From Candidatus Binatia bacterium (lineage in GTDB: Bacteria > Desulfobacterota > Binatia > UBA9968 > JAJDTQ01): a stretch of DNA of 64,000 nt. Positions 37,901-47,712 of the stretch are shown here, one piece after another. A program made the position numbers and the translations under genes. The first letter of the stretch is position 1. The number at the start of each line of letters is the position of its first letter. The notes below the pieces were generated by a model. That model was not told the DNA's origin. It made no database searches and saw nothing but the letters and a program-made list of their open reading frames with translations. The stretch covers positions 2,336,001 through 2,400,000 of the forward strand of contig OY762897.2 of NCBI GenBank assembly GCA_963666515.2, read 5' to 3'.

Positions 37901-38320
37901 TGACAACTCCAGGACCATGAGGTGCTTGGTGGTACACCAAGAGCCATGTCTCGCACACCGGCGACGAAGGGTCAACCCGGGTCAACCAGCGGCCGGGCAG
38001 TGGCGGCGGCAGAATGGGACCGACGAGACCCCGGAATGGCGCCCTTCGACTTCCGGCCGCTGGGTGTCGTGAAGTCTGTCCTGGGCTGGCGAAGGGCTCG
38101 GGACGAATGGGTGGATTGGCGACTGGCTCAGCAACGCTTGGTATCCGTGGCTGTGACGTGGTACCCTCGCTTCCGCATGACCGGCAAGGCGTGCCCGGTC
38201 AAGTTGGAGCTGAAGAGCAGCACTGACGCCAACGGATACCACATATGGGTCGGCGTGGGCGGCGCATCGGCGGGGATTTCAACAACCATACGCACAACGT
38301 CCTTGCGTTGGAGGTGAAGC

Positions 38321-39559
38321 ATGGGTGAAGGCTGGCGGAATTTCATCAGGTACATCTGCTCAACAGACGCCATCCTTGCAGGCGTCCTTCTGGCCCTGAC
38401 AATGCTTTCCTTCCACGGCGCGTTGGACGACCTCGCCCATAAACGCCTTAGTGATACCACAAAGGAGTCCGTCGGCATATATGCTTTGGCCAGAGCTACT
38501 AACGCCAGCATTTCGGTGTTGCAGAGTTCCGAGGTCGGCATGGCGCTTGTCGGTAAGGTATCCGTGAAGCTGGGCGAGGTGCTCGACCCGATAAACGATG
38601 CGATCGAAAGACTTTCGTCCATAATGCTGTGGGCCATTGGCTCGCTGTTGCTCCAGCGTCTGGTGCTTGAAGTGACTTCGACGGCTGTTTTTCGGTGGGG
38701 GTTCTTCTGTATCGGCCTTGTGGCGTTTCTGGCGCTGTTCCTTCCGGCATGGAAACCCTGCCGGGAATTAGTTCGCGTCAGGTTCCAGATTTCCGCTGTG
38801 AGCTTGGCCCGCTGTCGCGACCTGCTCGTCCGGATTTTCGTCGTCGGTGCCGTCGTTCGTTTTATTGTCCCAAGCTTTGTCCTCGTCAGCATTATGGCCG
38901 CCGAGATGTTCCTCGGAACCACCATCCAGGAACATCGAGATCGCTTGTCGGTCTTGAGCGCCGATGCCGGAGCAGGTTCGCCGGTGGCCGGCAATCGGAG
39001 CTTGGCAAGTCAGAAGGAAGATATGTCGATCAAGTTGAACACCCTGCAAGCCGCCATGGAGGAGCACCAACGGGAAAAGCAGCGCCTGGACGACGAAATT
39101 CGAAAGATTCAGGAAGAGGTGGGCTGGCGCGGCTGGGCTTTCGTACCTGAATTCCTTGGCGGTGTATCGCCGGGAGAGGAACTGCTGAATAAGCGCGAGC
39201 AAGTCAGCGGCGCCGTCGAGGATATCCAGACGCAGGTCGATCAGAACAGGGACGATCTTCAATGTATCGAGCGCCAGATGGCAGGCGAGACGTGCGGTTC
39301 GTTGTTCGACAAGTTGTCCGGGGCCGGCAAAGCCGGTTACGGCAGGATCGCATCCATTGTAGAAAAAGCGAGCAACTGGGCGACGAGCATCGTCCGGCTC
39401 TCGATTGCAATCGTGATCAAGAACGTCCTGTTCCCGATCATTTTTCTGGTGATCGCCATGAAATGCAGCCTTCCCTTCATCCGGTACGCAATGAGGAAAT
39501 GTTCCACATGGCCGCGGGATCTGAATGAATTGCCGAATTCCCTGAGACAGTTGGATTGA
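38321..39559 (+). CDS. Hypothetical multi-TM membrane protein with coiled-coil insert
   Basis: GGAGG RBS; ARATNASISVLQSSEVG, GEVLDPINDAIERLS; several TM helices; heptad-rich segment. Confidence 0.75.
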   Translation: MGEGWRNFIRYICSTDAILAGVLLALTMLSFHGALDDLAHKRLSDTTKESVGIYALARATNASISVLQSSEVGMALVGKVSVKLGEVLDPINDAIERLSSIMLWAIGSLLLQRLVLEVTSTAVFRWGFFCIGLVAFLALFLPAWKPCRELVRVRFQISAVSLARCRDLLVRIFVVGAVVRFIVPSFVLVSIMAAEMFLGTTIQEHRDRLSVLSADAGAGSPVAGNRSLASQKEDMSIKLNTLQAAMEEHQREKQRLDDEIRKIQEEVGWRGWAFVPEFLGGVSPGEELLNKREQVSGAVEDIQTQVDQNRDDLQCIERQMAGETCGSLFDKLSGAGKAGYGRIASIVEKASNWATSIVRLSIAIVIKNVLFPIIFLVIAMKCSLPFIRYAMRKCSTWPRDLNELPNSLRQLD

Positions 39560-39635
39560 GGCGCGGTCACGACCGCCACAGCCGGACAAGGGGCCGGGCA
39601 GTCGTCAGAAAGCTGGGGAGACCGGAAAGTCACCC

Positions 39636-39695
39636 GTGCGTACCAAGGTTCAGAAATGGAGCAACGGCAAGGGAATTCGGTTCACGAAGGCCCTA
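39636..39695 (+). pseudogene. Second AbrB/MazE 5' stub
   Basis: MRTKVQKWSNGKGIRFTKAL; 40/56 nt identical to 25928-25983. Confidence 0.65.
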
Positions 39696-39741
39696 CCGGA
39701 CACGGCAGGGCGGACGCCGCCCGCCGATAAAACCTGTCCGT

Positions 39742-40359
39742 CTAATCCGGGGCGTCGAACACCGCGGCTACGTCAGCGACGAATCCTTCGAGCAGCGGCG
39801 AGGTAGCGTTGTCACCGCGGCGGAACACGCCGTGCTCGACGTAGGCGGCGCCTTCGAGAGTGAGGACCGTGATGGTATCGTCACGGGGGTCTACTATCCA
39901 GTACTCCGGGATGCCGCCCTCGGCGTAGTCGGCGCGCTTCTCCACCAAGTCCCGTTCCGGGTCGTCGGGGCTCACGACCTCGGCTACCAGGTCCGCGCCT
40001 AGCCAGTAGCGGTCCTGATAGCGTGGATCCGAACGACGGCGCAGGAGCAGTATATCCGGCTCGCGGAACTTGCCTTCGCGGATGCGCATGCGTAGCGCCG
40101 AAACCATGGCGACGCCGCCGAGCGGCCTGAGGTAGTCGCGGAACAGTTCATAGAGGAACAAGAGGATGGCTTGGTGCGTGGACGTGGGCATGGGCAGTTC
40201 CTCGATGTAGCCATCGGTGAATTCAATCAACCGGCGGCTGTAGTCCGTGAGCCACAGATAGCCCTCGTCATTCCAGGCTCCCTGGCGCGGCAGGGTCTCT
40301 CGCAACAGGGCATTCAGCGCTTCCTGCGAGGAGTCCGCGGGTCCTGTCATCCTGGTCAT
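39742..40359 (-). CDS. Uma2 family endonuclease (DUF820)
   Basis: EFTDG, P.STHQ, REPDI, ADLVAEVVSP, EKRADYAEGGIPEYWIVDP. Confidence 0.93.
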   Translation of the reverse strand: MTRMTGPADSSQEALNALLRETLPRQGAWNDEGYLWLTDYSRRLIEFTDGYIEELPMPTSTHQAILLFLYELFRDYLRPLGGVAMVSALRMRIREGKFREPDILLLRRRSDPRYQDRYWLGADLVAEVVSPDDPERDLVEKRADYAEGGIPEYWIVDPRDDTITVLTLEGAAYVEHGVFRRGDNATSPLLEGFVADVAAVFDAPD

Positions 40360-40400
40360 GCCTTCATCCCTTCGTGTTGCAGGCGTCTACAGAGGCTACC

Positions 40401-41615
40401 CTACACCAGCACCCCCTCCTCTTTCCACTTCGCGATGGCGGCGGCGTCGTAGCCGAGCACGTCTCGCATGACCTGCTCGGTGTGCTCGCCGAGGTTCGGG
40501 GTGAGGGGGATCTCATCCTCGGGCTGGTCCTTGAAGATGATCCCGCCGCGGGGCAGCTCGAAGGGGCCGATGGGGGAGTCGTCGTACTTCTGGAAGTAGT
40601 CCCGGTGGCGGAGCTGGGGGTCCTTGCAGAGGTCGGTGCCGTTCTGGACCACCCCGGCGGGGACGCCGGCGGCCTGGAGGCGGTGGGCCACGTCCTCGAC
40701 GGTCTGGGTGGCGAGCCAGTCGGACATGATGGCGTCCAGCTCGCCGGCATGGCGGCGGCGCTCGACGCAGGTGGCGAAGCGGCTGTCTTCCGCCAGCGCC
40801 TCGTTGCCCATGACGCCGCACAGGCGGCGCCACTCGTCATCGTTGTTCACCGACACCACGCACCAGCGCTCGTCGCCCTGGCAGCGGTAGCAGCCGTGGG
40901 GGGCGGCGGTGAGGCTCCGGTTCCCCTGGGGTTCGGGGTCCACGCCGTTGATGCTGGATTCCAGGTAGCTGGGACCCAGGGTATAGGCGGTGACCTCTCC
41001 CTGGGACACGTCGATGATGGAGCCCTTGCCGGTGAGCTTCTGGCGCAGCAGCGCGGCCATCATGATGGTGGGGGCGGAGATGAAGCCGAGGTGGTCCGGA
41101 TAGACGCCCTGGCTGCCGATGGGGCGGTCCTGTCCCGGATGGTTCCAGAGGTAGGTCATGCCGCTGAAGGAATTGAGGTTGAAGCCCCAGGTGCCGTACC
41201 AGTTCTTGGGTCCGGTCTCGCCGAGCCCGGGCAGCTTGAGGATGATGATGGAGGGATTGACCTTCCTCAGCTCGTCGTCGCCGAGCCCCAAGCGGCCCAG
41301 CACCTGTGGCCGGAAGTTCACCAGCACCGCGTTGGACCTGGCCGCCAGCTCCTTGATGATGCGCTTGCCGTCGTCGTGCTTGATGTTGACGGTCATGGAC
41401 CGGATGGCCAGGTTGCACTCGATGAAGCGCGGCGCGGCGTTGATGTCGCCCTCCGCGCCATAGTGCCGGAAGGTGTCGAGCCCGCCGGGGTACGACTCTA
41501 CCTTGATGACCTCGGCGCCGTACTGCGCCAGCAACCGGCCGGCATAGGGGCCGGCGTATCCGGTGGTGAACGCGATGATGCGGACGCCTTCGAGAATCCT
41601 GCTGGGACTGGGCAT
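40401..41615 (-). CDS. Class III CoA-transferase, catalytic-Asp subunit (BbsF-like)
   Basis: GAEVIKVES, NFRP, GVYPDH. Confidence 0.88.
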   Translation of the reverse strand: MPSPSRILEGVRIIAFTTGYAGPYAGRLLAQYGAEVIKVESYPGGLDTFRHYGAEGDINAAPRFIECNLAIRSMTVNIKHDDGKRIIKELAARSNAVLVNFRPQVLGRLGLGDDELRKVNPSIIILKLPGLGETGPKNWYGTWGFNLNSFSGMTYLWNHPGQDRPIGSQGVYPDHLGFISAPTIMMAALLRQKLTGKGSIIDVSQGEVTAYTLGPSYLESSINGVDPEPQGNRSLTAAPHGCYRCQGDERWCVVSVNNDDEWRRLCGVMGNEALAEDSRFATCVERRRHAGELDAIMSDWLATQTVEDVAHRLQAAGVPAGVVQNGTDLCKDPQLRHRDYFQKYDDSPIGPFELPRGGIIFKDQPEDEIPLTPNLGEHTEQVMRDVLGYDAAAIAKWKEEGVLV

Positions 41616-42811
41616 CAGATGACTCCCTCCGCGGCCAGCACCCCCATGTCCTCCTCGCTCAAGCCGAGGTCGCCGCCCAGGACCTCGGCGTTGTGCTGGC
41701 CCAGCATGGGCGCGGGCCGCGGCCCCCGGCGCTCGCCGTCCAGCAGGAACGGAACGCCGGGCTGGGCAAAGGAGCCCAGCACCGGGTGCGTGACCGTGCC
41801 GAAGAAGCCCCGCTCGACGATGTGCGGGTCCTCCATGAAGTCCCGCGGCGAGTTCACCGGCAACGCCGGCAGGCCGTGCTTCTGGAGCAGCACGGACAGC
41901 TCCTCCTTGCCGTATTGGGAGGTGAACGACGCCACCATGGGGTTGAGCCAGTCCGCGGCCGCGCGCCGGTTCAGGTTGACCAGCAGCTCCGGGTCATCCA
42001 GCTCCGCCGGGTGCCCCTCCCACATGTCCAGGAAGATGGGCCAGTGCCGCTGGGTGGCGAAGAACGAGATCCAGCCGTCCTTGCACGGGAACAGGTTGGC
42101 CGGGGCGACGTGCTGGTGCTGGCTGCCGGCGCGTTTCATGAGCCGCCCCTCGGACGACCAGGTGAAGGCCACGTGCTCGTGGAGCGCCATGCTGGCCTGC
42201 ACCGAGGCGTCGATGTGCGCCCCCAGGCCCTTGGTCTCGCGCTGCCAGAGCGCCAGCAGGGCGCCCAGGGCGGAGTAGAGACAGGTGTAGACGTAGGACT
42301 GGCCGCCGGGGGGAACGCACGGCGTCATGCTGGGGTCGCCGCTGATGAACAAGAGCCCGCCCATGGCGTTGGCCACCAGGTCCGGCGCCCGGTAGTCGCG
42401 GTAGGGGCCGTCCTGCCCGAAGGCGGAGATGGAAACCAGCACGAGTCTGGGGCGGCGCGCCACCATCTCGCCGTAGCCGATCCCCAGGCCGTCCAGGTAG
42501 CCGGGGTCGTGGCTGTCGATGACCACGTCGGCCTTCTCCACAAGGTCGAGCAGGAGCTTCCGGCCCGTCTCGCGGGACATATCCAGAGTGATGCCGCGCT
42601 TGCCGGAGTTGAAGTAGGCGAACCGGAGGCTGCCCTCGCGGTTGCTGTGTCCCTTGGCGAAGGGCGGCTCGGTGCGGAGGTCGTCCCCCGACGGCGGCTC
42701 GACCTTCACCACGTCCATGCCGAGGTCGGCCAGCACCTTGCCGCAGAAGGCGCCCATTGCGGTGCTGAGGTCCAGCACCCGGAAGCCGGAAAGCAGCGCT
42801 TCTCCGCTCAT
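41615..42811 (-). CDS. Class III CoA-transferase, subunit lacking the catalytic Asp (BbsE-like)
   Basis: KVEPPSGD, NSGKRGITLD, PGGQSY at the Asp position, APMLGQHN. Confidence 0.85.
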   Translation of the reverse strand: MSGEALLSGFRVLDLSTAMGAFCGKVLADLGMDVVKVEPPSGDDLRTEPPFAKGHSNREGSLRFAYFNSGKRGITLDMSRETGRKLLLDLVEKADVVIDSHDPGYLDGLGIGYGEMVARRPRLVLVSISAFGQDGPYRDYRAPDLVANAMGGLLFISGDPSMTPCVPPGGQSYVYTCLYSALGALLALWQRETKGLGAHIDASVQASMALHEHVAFTWSSEGRLMKRAGSQHQHVAPANLFPCKDGWISFFATQRHWPIFLDMWEGHPAELDDPELLVNLNRRAAADWLNPMVASFTSQYGKEELSVLLQKHGLPALPVNSPRDFMEDPHIVERGFFGTVTHPVLGSFAQPGVPFLLDGERRGPRPAPMLGQHNAEVLGGDLGLSEEDMGVLAAEGVI

Positions 42812-42872
42812 CGCCGGGCCCCCCTGCCCCTCAACGCTTGCGACTCCCGGCTCGTTATCGGCGCCTCTCCGC

Positions 42873-44042
42873 TCATTGGCCCTTGGCGCGGGCGCGCAGC
42901 AGGTTCTGGGCCATGCGCCAGCGCAGCACCTCGGTGGCGCCCTCGGTGATGCGGATGCTGCGCAACTGCCGGTACCACCACTCCAGCGGCAGCTCCTTGG
43001 TAAGGCCGATGCCGCCGTGGACCTGGATGGAGCGGTCCACCACCCGGCTGGCCATCTCCGTGCACACGCACTTGACCATGTAGCCCATGTTGCGGATGTC
43101 CTCGCCGCGGTCGTGGCGCCAGGCGCATTCGTAGACCAGGTTGCGCGCCATGTGCAGCTCCATCACCGAGTCGGCGATCATGAACTGGACGGCCTGCCGT
43201 TCCGCCAGCGGCTGCCCGAAGGTGGTGCGGATCTGCGAGTAGTCCATCATCATGTCGAGGGCGCGCTCGGCGATGCCGACGCAACGCGCTCCGTGGCCCT
43301 TGATGCGCCCCTCCTGGAGCCAGCCCTGGGCCAGCCGGAAGCCCTGCCCCACCTCGCCGGCGACGTTGCCCGCGGGGATGCGGGCGTTCTCGAAGAGGAT
43401 CTGGAACGGCGCGTCGCCCATCATGGTGGGCCAGCGGCGCTCGATGGTCACGCCCGGCGTGTCCATGTCCACCAGGAAGCAGGTGATGCCGCCCCGCGCG
43501 CGCTTCTCGGGATCGGTCACCGCCATGACCTGGGCGAAGTCGGAGAAACCGGCGTTGCTGATGAAGCGCTTGGTGCCGTTCAGCACCCAGTGGTCGCCGT
43601 CCAGCACCGCGCGGGTCTTCATGCCCGCGGGGTCGCCGCCGGCGTCGGGCTCGGTCTGGGCGAAACACGCGGTCTTCTCGCCGCGGATCACCGGGTAGAG
43701 GTAGCGCTCCTTCTGCTCGTCGTTCAACTCGAACAGGATGCCGCGCGCCTCCGGGCCGAAGACCGGGTTGTTGCGGAAAGGGATGGAGATGGTGCGGGAG
43801 ACCTCCTCCTGGATCACGCAGCGCGTCAGCAGGTCGAGGCCGGCGCCGCCGTACTCCTCGGGGATGTCGAGCATCCAGAACCCCAGGGCCTTGGCCTTCT
43901 CCTGGAGCGGCTTGTACAGCTCCTCGGGCATCTCCTCGCCCTCCGGGCGAAACTCCCGCTCCAGCGGGATCAGCTCCCGCTCCACGAAGTCGCGCATGGT
44001 GTTCTTGATGATCTTGATCTCTTCGGGAAGCTCGAAATCCAT
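42873..44042 (-). CDS. Acyl-CoA dehydrogenase
   Basis: QTEPDAGGD, NGTKRFISN, RTTFGQPL, QVHGGIG, ITEGATEV; GAAGGAG RBS before MDFEL. Confidence 0.93.
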   Translation of the reverse strand: MDFELPEEIKIIKNTMRDFVERELIPLEREFRPEGEEMPEELYKPLQEKAKALGFWMLDIPEEYGGAGLDLLTRCVIQEEVSRTISIPFRNNPVFGPEARGILFELNDEQKERYLYPVIRGEKTACFAQTEPDAGGDPAGMKTRAVLDGDHWVLNGTKRFISNAGFSDFAQVMAVTDPEKRARGGITCFLVDMDTPGVTIERRWPTMMGDAPFQILFENARIPAGNVAGEVGQGFRLAQGWLQEGRIKGHGARCVGIAERALDMMMDYSQIRTTFGQPLAERQAVQFMIADSVMELHMARNLVYECAWRHDRGEDIRNMGYMVKCVCTEMASRVVDRSIQVHGGIGLTKELPLEWWYRQLRSIRITEGATEVLRWRMAQNLLRARAKGQ

Positions 44043-44193
44043 TCTTTCCTCCTTCTCCAGCGTCGGTCCGGTTGACGGATGGCTCGTAACATAAGCCCGC
44101 GACCGGACGGAGGTCAAGCCGGGACCAGGGCTCGCCCGTTCACCCGGCCCGCGCCCCCGTGTGCGCCCGCGGCGATGCCGCCCGACGCCGTAT

Positions 44194-44222
44194 TTGACAA
44201 CCGCACGGCCAGTGTCTATGTT
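44194..44222 (+). promoter_or_regulatory. Sigma70-like promoter
   Basis: TTGACA-17nt-TATGTT upstream of FmdB-like gene. Confidence 0.55.
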
Positions 44223-44252
44223 TCCGATAACCCACCCGCGCGAGGCCAGCGT

Positions 44253-44555
44253 ATGCCCATCTACGAGTACAACTGTTCGGAATGCGGCGTGTTCGAAGTG
44301 ACCCAGAGGATCACCGAAGATCCGCTGGACACGTGTCCCACCTGTGAAGGAGAGGTTCGGAAGCTCATCTCGAACACGTCCTTTCAACTCAAAGGCACCG
44401 GTTGGTACATCACCGACTACGGACGGGGCAAGGGCGCCGACGGCGAGAAGCAGGACACTAACGGCGGAAAGGATTCGACGGACTCCGGGAAGTCCAAGGA
44501 GAGCAAGACCTCCGAGAAGTCATCCTCCGGTGACGGCGCCGCCAGCACCGCCTAG
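44253..44555 (+). CDS. FmdB family zinc-ribbon protein
   Basis: [12 protein letters not shown]...CPTC...[13 protein letters not shown], low-complexity tail. Confidence 0.92.
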   Translation: MPIYEYNCSECGVFEVTQRITEDPLDTCPTCEGEVRKLISNTSFQLKGTGWYITDYGRGKGADGEKQDTNGGKDSTDSGKSKESKTSEKSSSGDGAASTA

Positions 44556-44669
44556 GAGCCCGTCTCAAGCCCGCTCCTCCCCGGATCGTCCGCCGCGCTC
44601 CGCGCAGTCCGGAGGCGCGGCCATCCAACCGAAACGACCGCCCTCCCGGGTCTCCACGACAGGTATCCG

Positions 44670-45473
44670 ATGAAGACGAAACCACTCGGCCGCACTCAGA
44701 TCCAGGTGCCCGAGATCGGCCTGGGCGTCTGGCAATACCGGGGCGGCGTCGAGCCCCTCCGGCACGGCATCGAGCTGGGCGCCAACCTGATCGACACCGC
44801 GGAGATGTACCGGACCGAGGACGTGGTGGGCGAGGCGGTGAAGGGCATGCGCGAGCGGGTGTTCATCGCCAGCAAGGTGTCCGGCGACCACCTGGGATAC
44901 GACCAGGTGCTCCGGGCCGCGGACGCCAGCCTTCGCCGCCTGGACGTGGACGCCATCGACCTCTACCAGGTCCACTGGCCGAGCCGAAGCACTCCCATCG
45001 AGGAGACCATGCGGGCCATGGGGACCCTGGTGGATACCGGCCGCGTCCGTTTCATCGGCGTCAGCAACTTTTCCGCCGACGAGCTGGCGGAGGCCCAGGC
45101 CGCCCTGAGCCACCACCCCATCGTGTCGAACCAGGTCCTGTACAACCTCCGGCGGCGGGAGATCGAGCGGACGCTGATGCCCTACTGCCGGCGCCACGGC
45201 GTCACCATCATCGCCTACACGCCGCTGGACAGCGGCAGGCTGGCGGCAGGCCGCGGCCTGTTCTCGGCGCGGGGCACGAAGGTGCTCCAGGAGATCGCCG
45301 AAGCGAACCGGAAGACGGCCGCTCAGGTGGCGCTGAACTGGTGCATCTCCCACGAGGAGGTCATCGCCATCCCGAAGTCCGACAGCGTCTCCCGGACCGC
45401 GGAAAACTGCGGCGCCTCCGACTGGCGCCTGTCCGCCGAAGACGTGGCCCGCCTGGACCGGGCCTTCGCCTGA
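44670..45473 (+). CDS. Aldo/keto reductase
   Basis: IDTAEMY, IASKV, DLYQVHWP, IGVSNF, AIPKS. Confidence 0.93.
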   Translation: MKTKPLGRTQIQVPEIGLGVWQYRGGVEPLRHGIELGANLIDTAEMYRTEDVVGEAVKGMRERVFIASKVSGDHLGYDQVLRAADASLRRLDVDAIDLYQVHWPSRSTPIEETMRAMGTLVDTGRVRFIGVSNFSADELAEAQAALSHHPIVSNQVLYNLRRREIERTLMPYCRRHGVTIIAYTPLDSGRLAAGRGLFSARGTKVLQEIAEANRKTAAQVALNWCISHEEVIAIPKSDSVSRTAENCGASDWRLSAEDVARLDRAFA

Positions 45474-45532
45474 CCGCGTCACGCGGCAACGGGCGGAGGC
45501 TTCCGGCGCGCCGCCTGGAATCGAGGCAACCG

Positions 45533-46909
45533 ATGGATTTTCCCGCGCTGACCCGCACCGGAGCCTTGGCGTTCTTCTCCGAGTACGGGAAGACGATCCA
45601 CAACCCGCAGGGCATCCTGTACTGGACCCGCAAGGCCAGGGCCAGGGCGCGCATCAACGCCACCATCGGCTCGGCCCGGGGGCCGGAAAGCGCCGTGTAC
45701 CCCGGCGGCGGCGAGCGCGAGATCACGCTTTGCGCGCCGCTGATCCACTCCTTCTTCAACGGGCTGGACACCGAGGAGATCTTCCCGTACACGCCGGAAA
45801 CCGGCACCCCTGCCTTCCGCTCGGCGTGGCGGAAGTGGATACTGTCACGCGCGGGCGACGAGTCCGAACGTCTCGAACGGCAACTGCATCAGCCTGTCCT
45901 CACTCCCGGCATCACCGCCGCCATCAGCATCGCCGCGCGGATGTTCGTGGACCCGGGCCGCTCCATCATCACGGCCGACCGGCGCTGGGAGAACTACGAC
46001 CACGTGCTCGGACAGAACCTCGGCATACGCATCGCCGGCTTCCCGCTGTACGATGACGGCGACCTGAACGTGGCCGGCCTCGTCTCGGCCGTCCAAAGGG
46101 TATGGCTCGAACAGGACACCGCGGTGGTGCTGCTGAACTTCCCCAACAACCCCACCGGCTTCTGCCCGTCCGCCGCGGCCGGACCGCGGCTGGCGGAATC
46201 GCTGGAGCGACTCGCGGAGGGGACCGCGAAGCGGCTGGTGCTGCTGTTCGACGACGCCTACGAAAGCTACGTCTACGACCCCGACGCCATGCAGTCGTCG
46301 CTGTTCTACCTGTGCCGGCCGCGGCCCAACCTCTTGCCGGTGAAGCTGGACGGCGTCACCAAGGAGCTGCTCTGGTACGGCGCGCGCGCCGGCGCCATCA
46401 CGCCGGCCTTTCCCGACGAGTGGCTTTCCGGCGAAGACGCGGAAGCCGTGGCCGCGGAGATCGACAACAAGTTCGCCGGCGTCAACCGCGGCCTGTTCTC
46501 CAACAACTCGACGGTGACCCAGGCGGTGGCCACCCGGGCCATGGAGCAGATGGAGCGGCTGGTGGTGGAGCGGCAGCGGACCTTCGATCTCCTGAGACGG
46601 CGGTACGAAACCCTGAAGGACGAGCTGGGGCAGATGGACACGGACCTGGTGACCGTGGAGCCGTTCCAGGGCGGCTTCTTCTGCTTCATCACCCTGAGAC
46701 CCGAGTCGGGGCTCCGGGCCACGGACGTCGCCGATCACCTGCTCGACGAGCACGGCATCGGCACCGTTCCGTTCGACACCGACAGCATGAACGGGCTGCG
46801 GATCGCGTTCTGCAGCGTCGACAGCGCCGACCTGCCGGAGCTGTGCCGGAGACTGGCCCAGACCGTGAACGAGTTGGCGGATAGGAGGCAGGCTCATGGG
46901 CAGGCTTGA
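45533..46909 (+). CDS. Class I/II PLP aminotransferase
   Basis: INATIG, NFPNNPTG, DDAY, DGVTKE...GAR. Confidence 0.88.
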   Translation: MDFPALTRTGALAFFSEYGKTIHNPQGILYWTRKARARARINATIGSARGPESAVYPGGGEREITLCAPLIHSFFNGLDTEEIFPYTPETGTPAFRSAWRKWILSRAGDESERLERQLHQPVLTPGITAAISIAARMFVDPGRSIITADRRWENYDHVLGQNLGIRIAGFPLYDDGDLNVAGLVSAVQRVWLEQDTAVVLLNFPNNPTGFCPSAAAGPRLAESLERLAEGTAKRLVLLFDDAYESYVYDPDAMQSSLFYLCRPRPNLLPVKLDGVTKELLWYGARAGAITPAFPDEWLSGEDAEAVAAEIDNKFAGVNRGLFSNNSTVTQAVATRAMEQMERLVVERQRTFDLLRRRYETLKDELGQMDTDLVTVEPFQGGFFCFITLRPESGLRATDVADHLLDEHGIGTVPFDTDSMNGLRIAFCSVDSADLPELCRRLAQTVNELADRRQAHGQA

Positions 46910-47627
46910 GGGAAGGGTCGCCATCGTCACCGGCGCCAGCCGCGGCATCGGCCGGGCGGTGGCGCTGGCCTTCGCCCGGGAGGGCGCCACCCTGGCCATT
47001 ACCGGCGTCCGGGACCAGGCCGCCCTGGACTCGGTCCGGAACGAGCTTTCGGCCCTGGGAACCGAATGCATGGCGCGGATGGTGGACGTGGGCCGGCGGC
47101 CGGAGTTGGACGCGCTGGCGCGGGAGGTGGAGGAACGCTGGGGCCGCATCGACGTCCTCGTAAACAACGCCGGGGTCCTCACCCTCAAGCGGTTCGAGGA
47201 CATCACCGAGGAGCAGTGGGACGAGACCATCCGGGTCCATCTCAAGGGCACCTTCAACGGCATGCAGGCCGTGCTGCCCGTCATGAAGCGGCAACGGTCC
47301 GGCAAGATCATCAACCTCACGGGCCCGGCGGCGCTGCGGCCGTCCAACGGCGTATCCGACTACGCCAGCGCCAAGGGCGGCATCATCACGCTGACCTTCA
47401 ACGTCGCCAACGAGATGAAGCCCCACAACATCCAGATCAACTGCATCTCGCCGATAGCCGACACGCGCATGACCGACGCCATCGCCGAGTTCCGTGAACA
47501 CGAGGGGATTCCCGACAACCGGCCCAACCCGGCCCCCGCCGAGACCGTAGCGCCGGCGTTCGTCTTCTTCGCGTCCAGCGACAGCGACTACATCACCGGC
47601 GAGGTGCTCGGGTTCCACCGCAAGTGA
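46896..47627 (+). CDS. SDR family oxidoreductase (FabG-like)
   Basis: TGASRGIG, NNAG, YASAK. Confidence 0.92.
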   Translation: MGRLEGRVAIVTGASRGIGRAVALAFAREGATLAITGVRDQAALDSVRNELSALGTECMARMVDVGRRPELDALAREVEERWGRIDVLVNNAGVLTLKRFEDITEEQWDETIRVHLKGTFNGMQAVLPVMKRQRSGKIINLTGPAALRPSNGVSDYASAKGGIITLTFNVANEMKPHNIQINCISPIADTRMTDAIAEFREHEGIPDNRPNPAPAETVAPAFVFFASSDSDYITGEVLGFHRK

Positions 47628-47712
47628 GCCCGGCGGCCTCCGGCGCGGCAATCGCGGGTCACGGATGCCGGACCCGTGACCGCCGACACAGGACAGGAAA
47701 CGAGGTGAACCC

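Noticed and set aside
37922-38317. 131-aa + strand ORF between divergent genes
   Set aside because: No RBS or recognisable motif; may be intergenic or decayed
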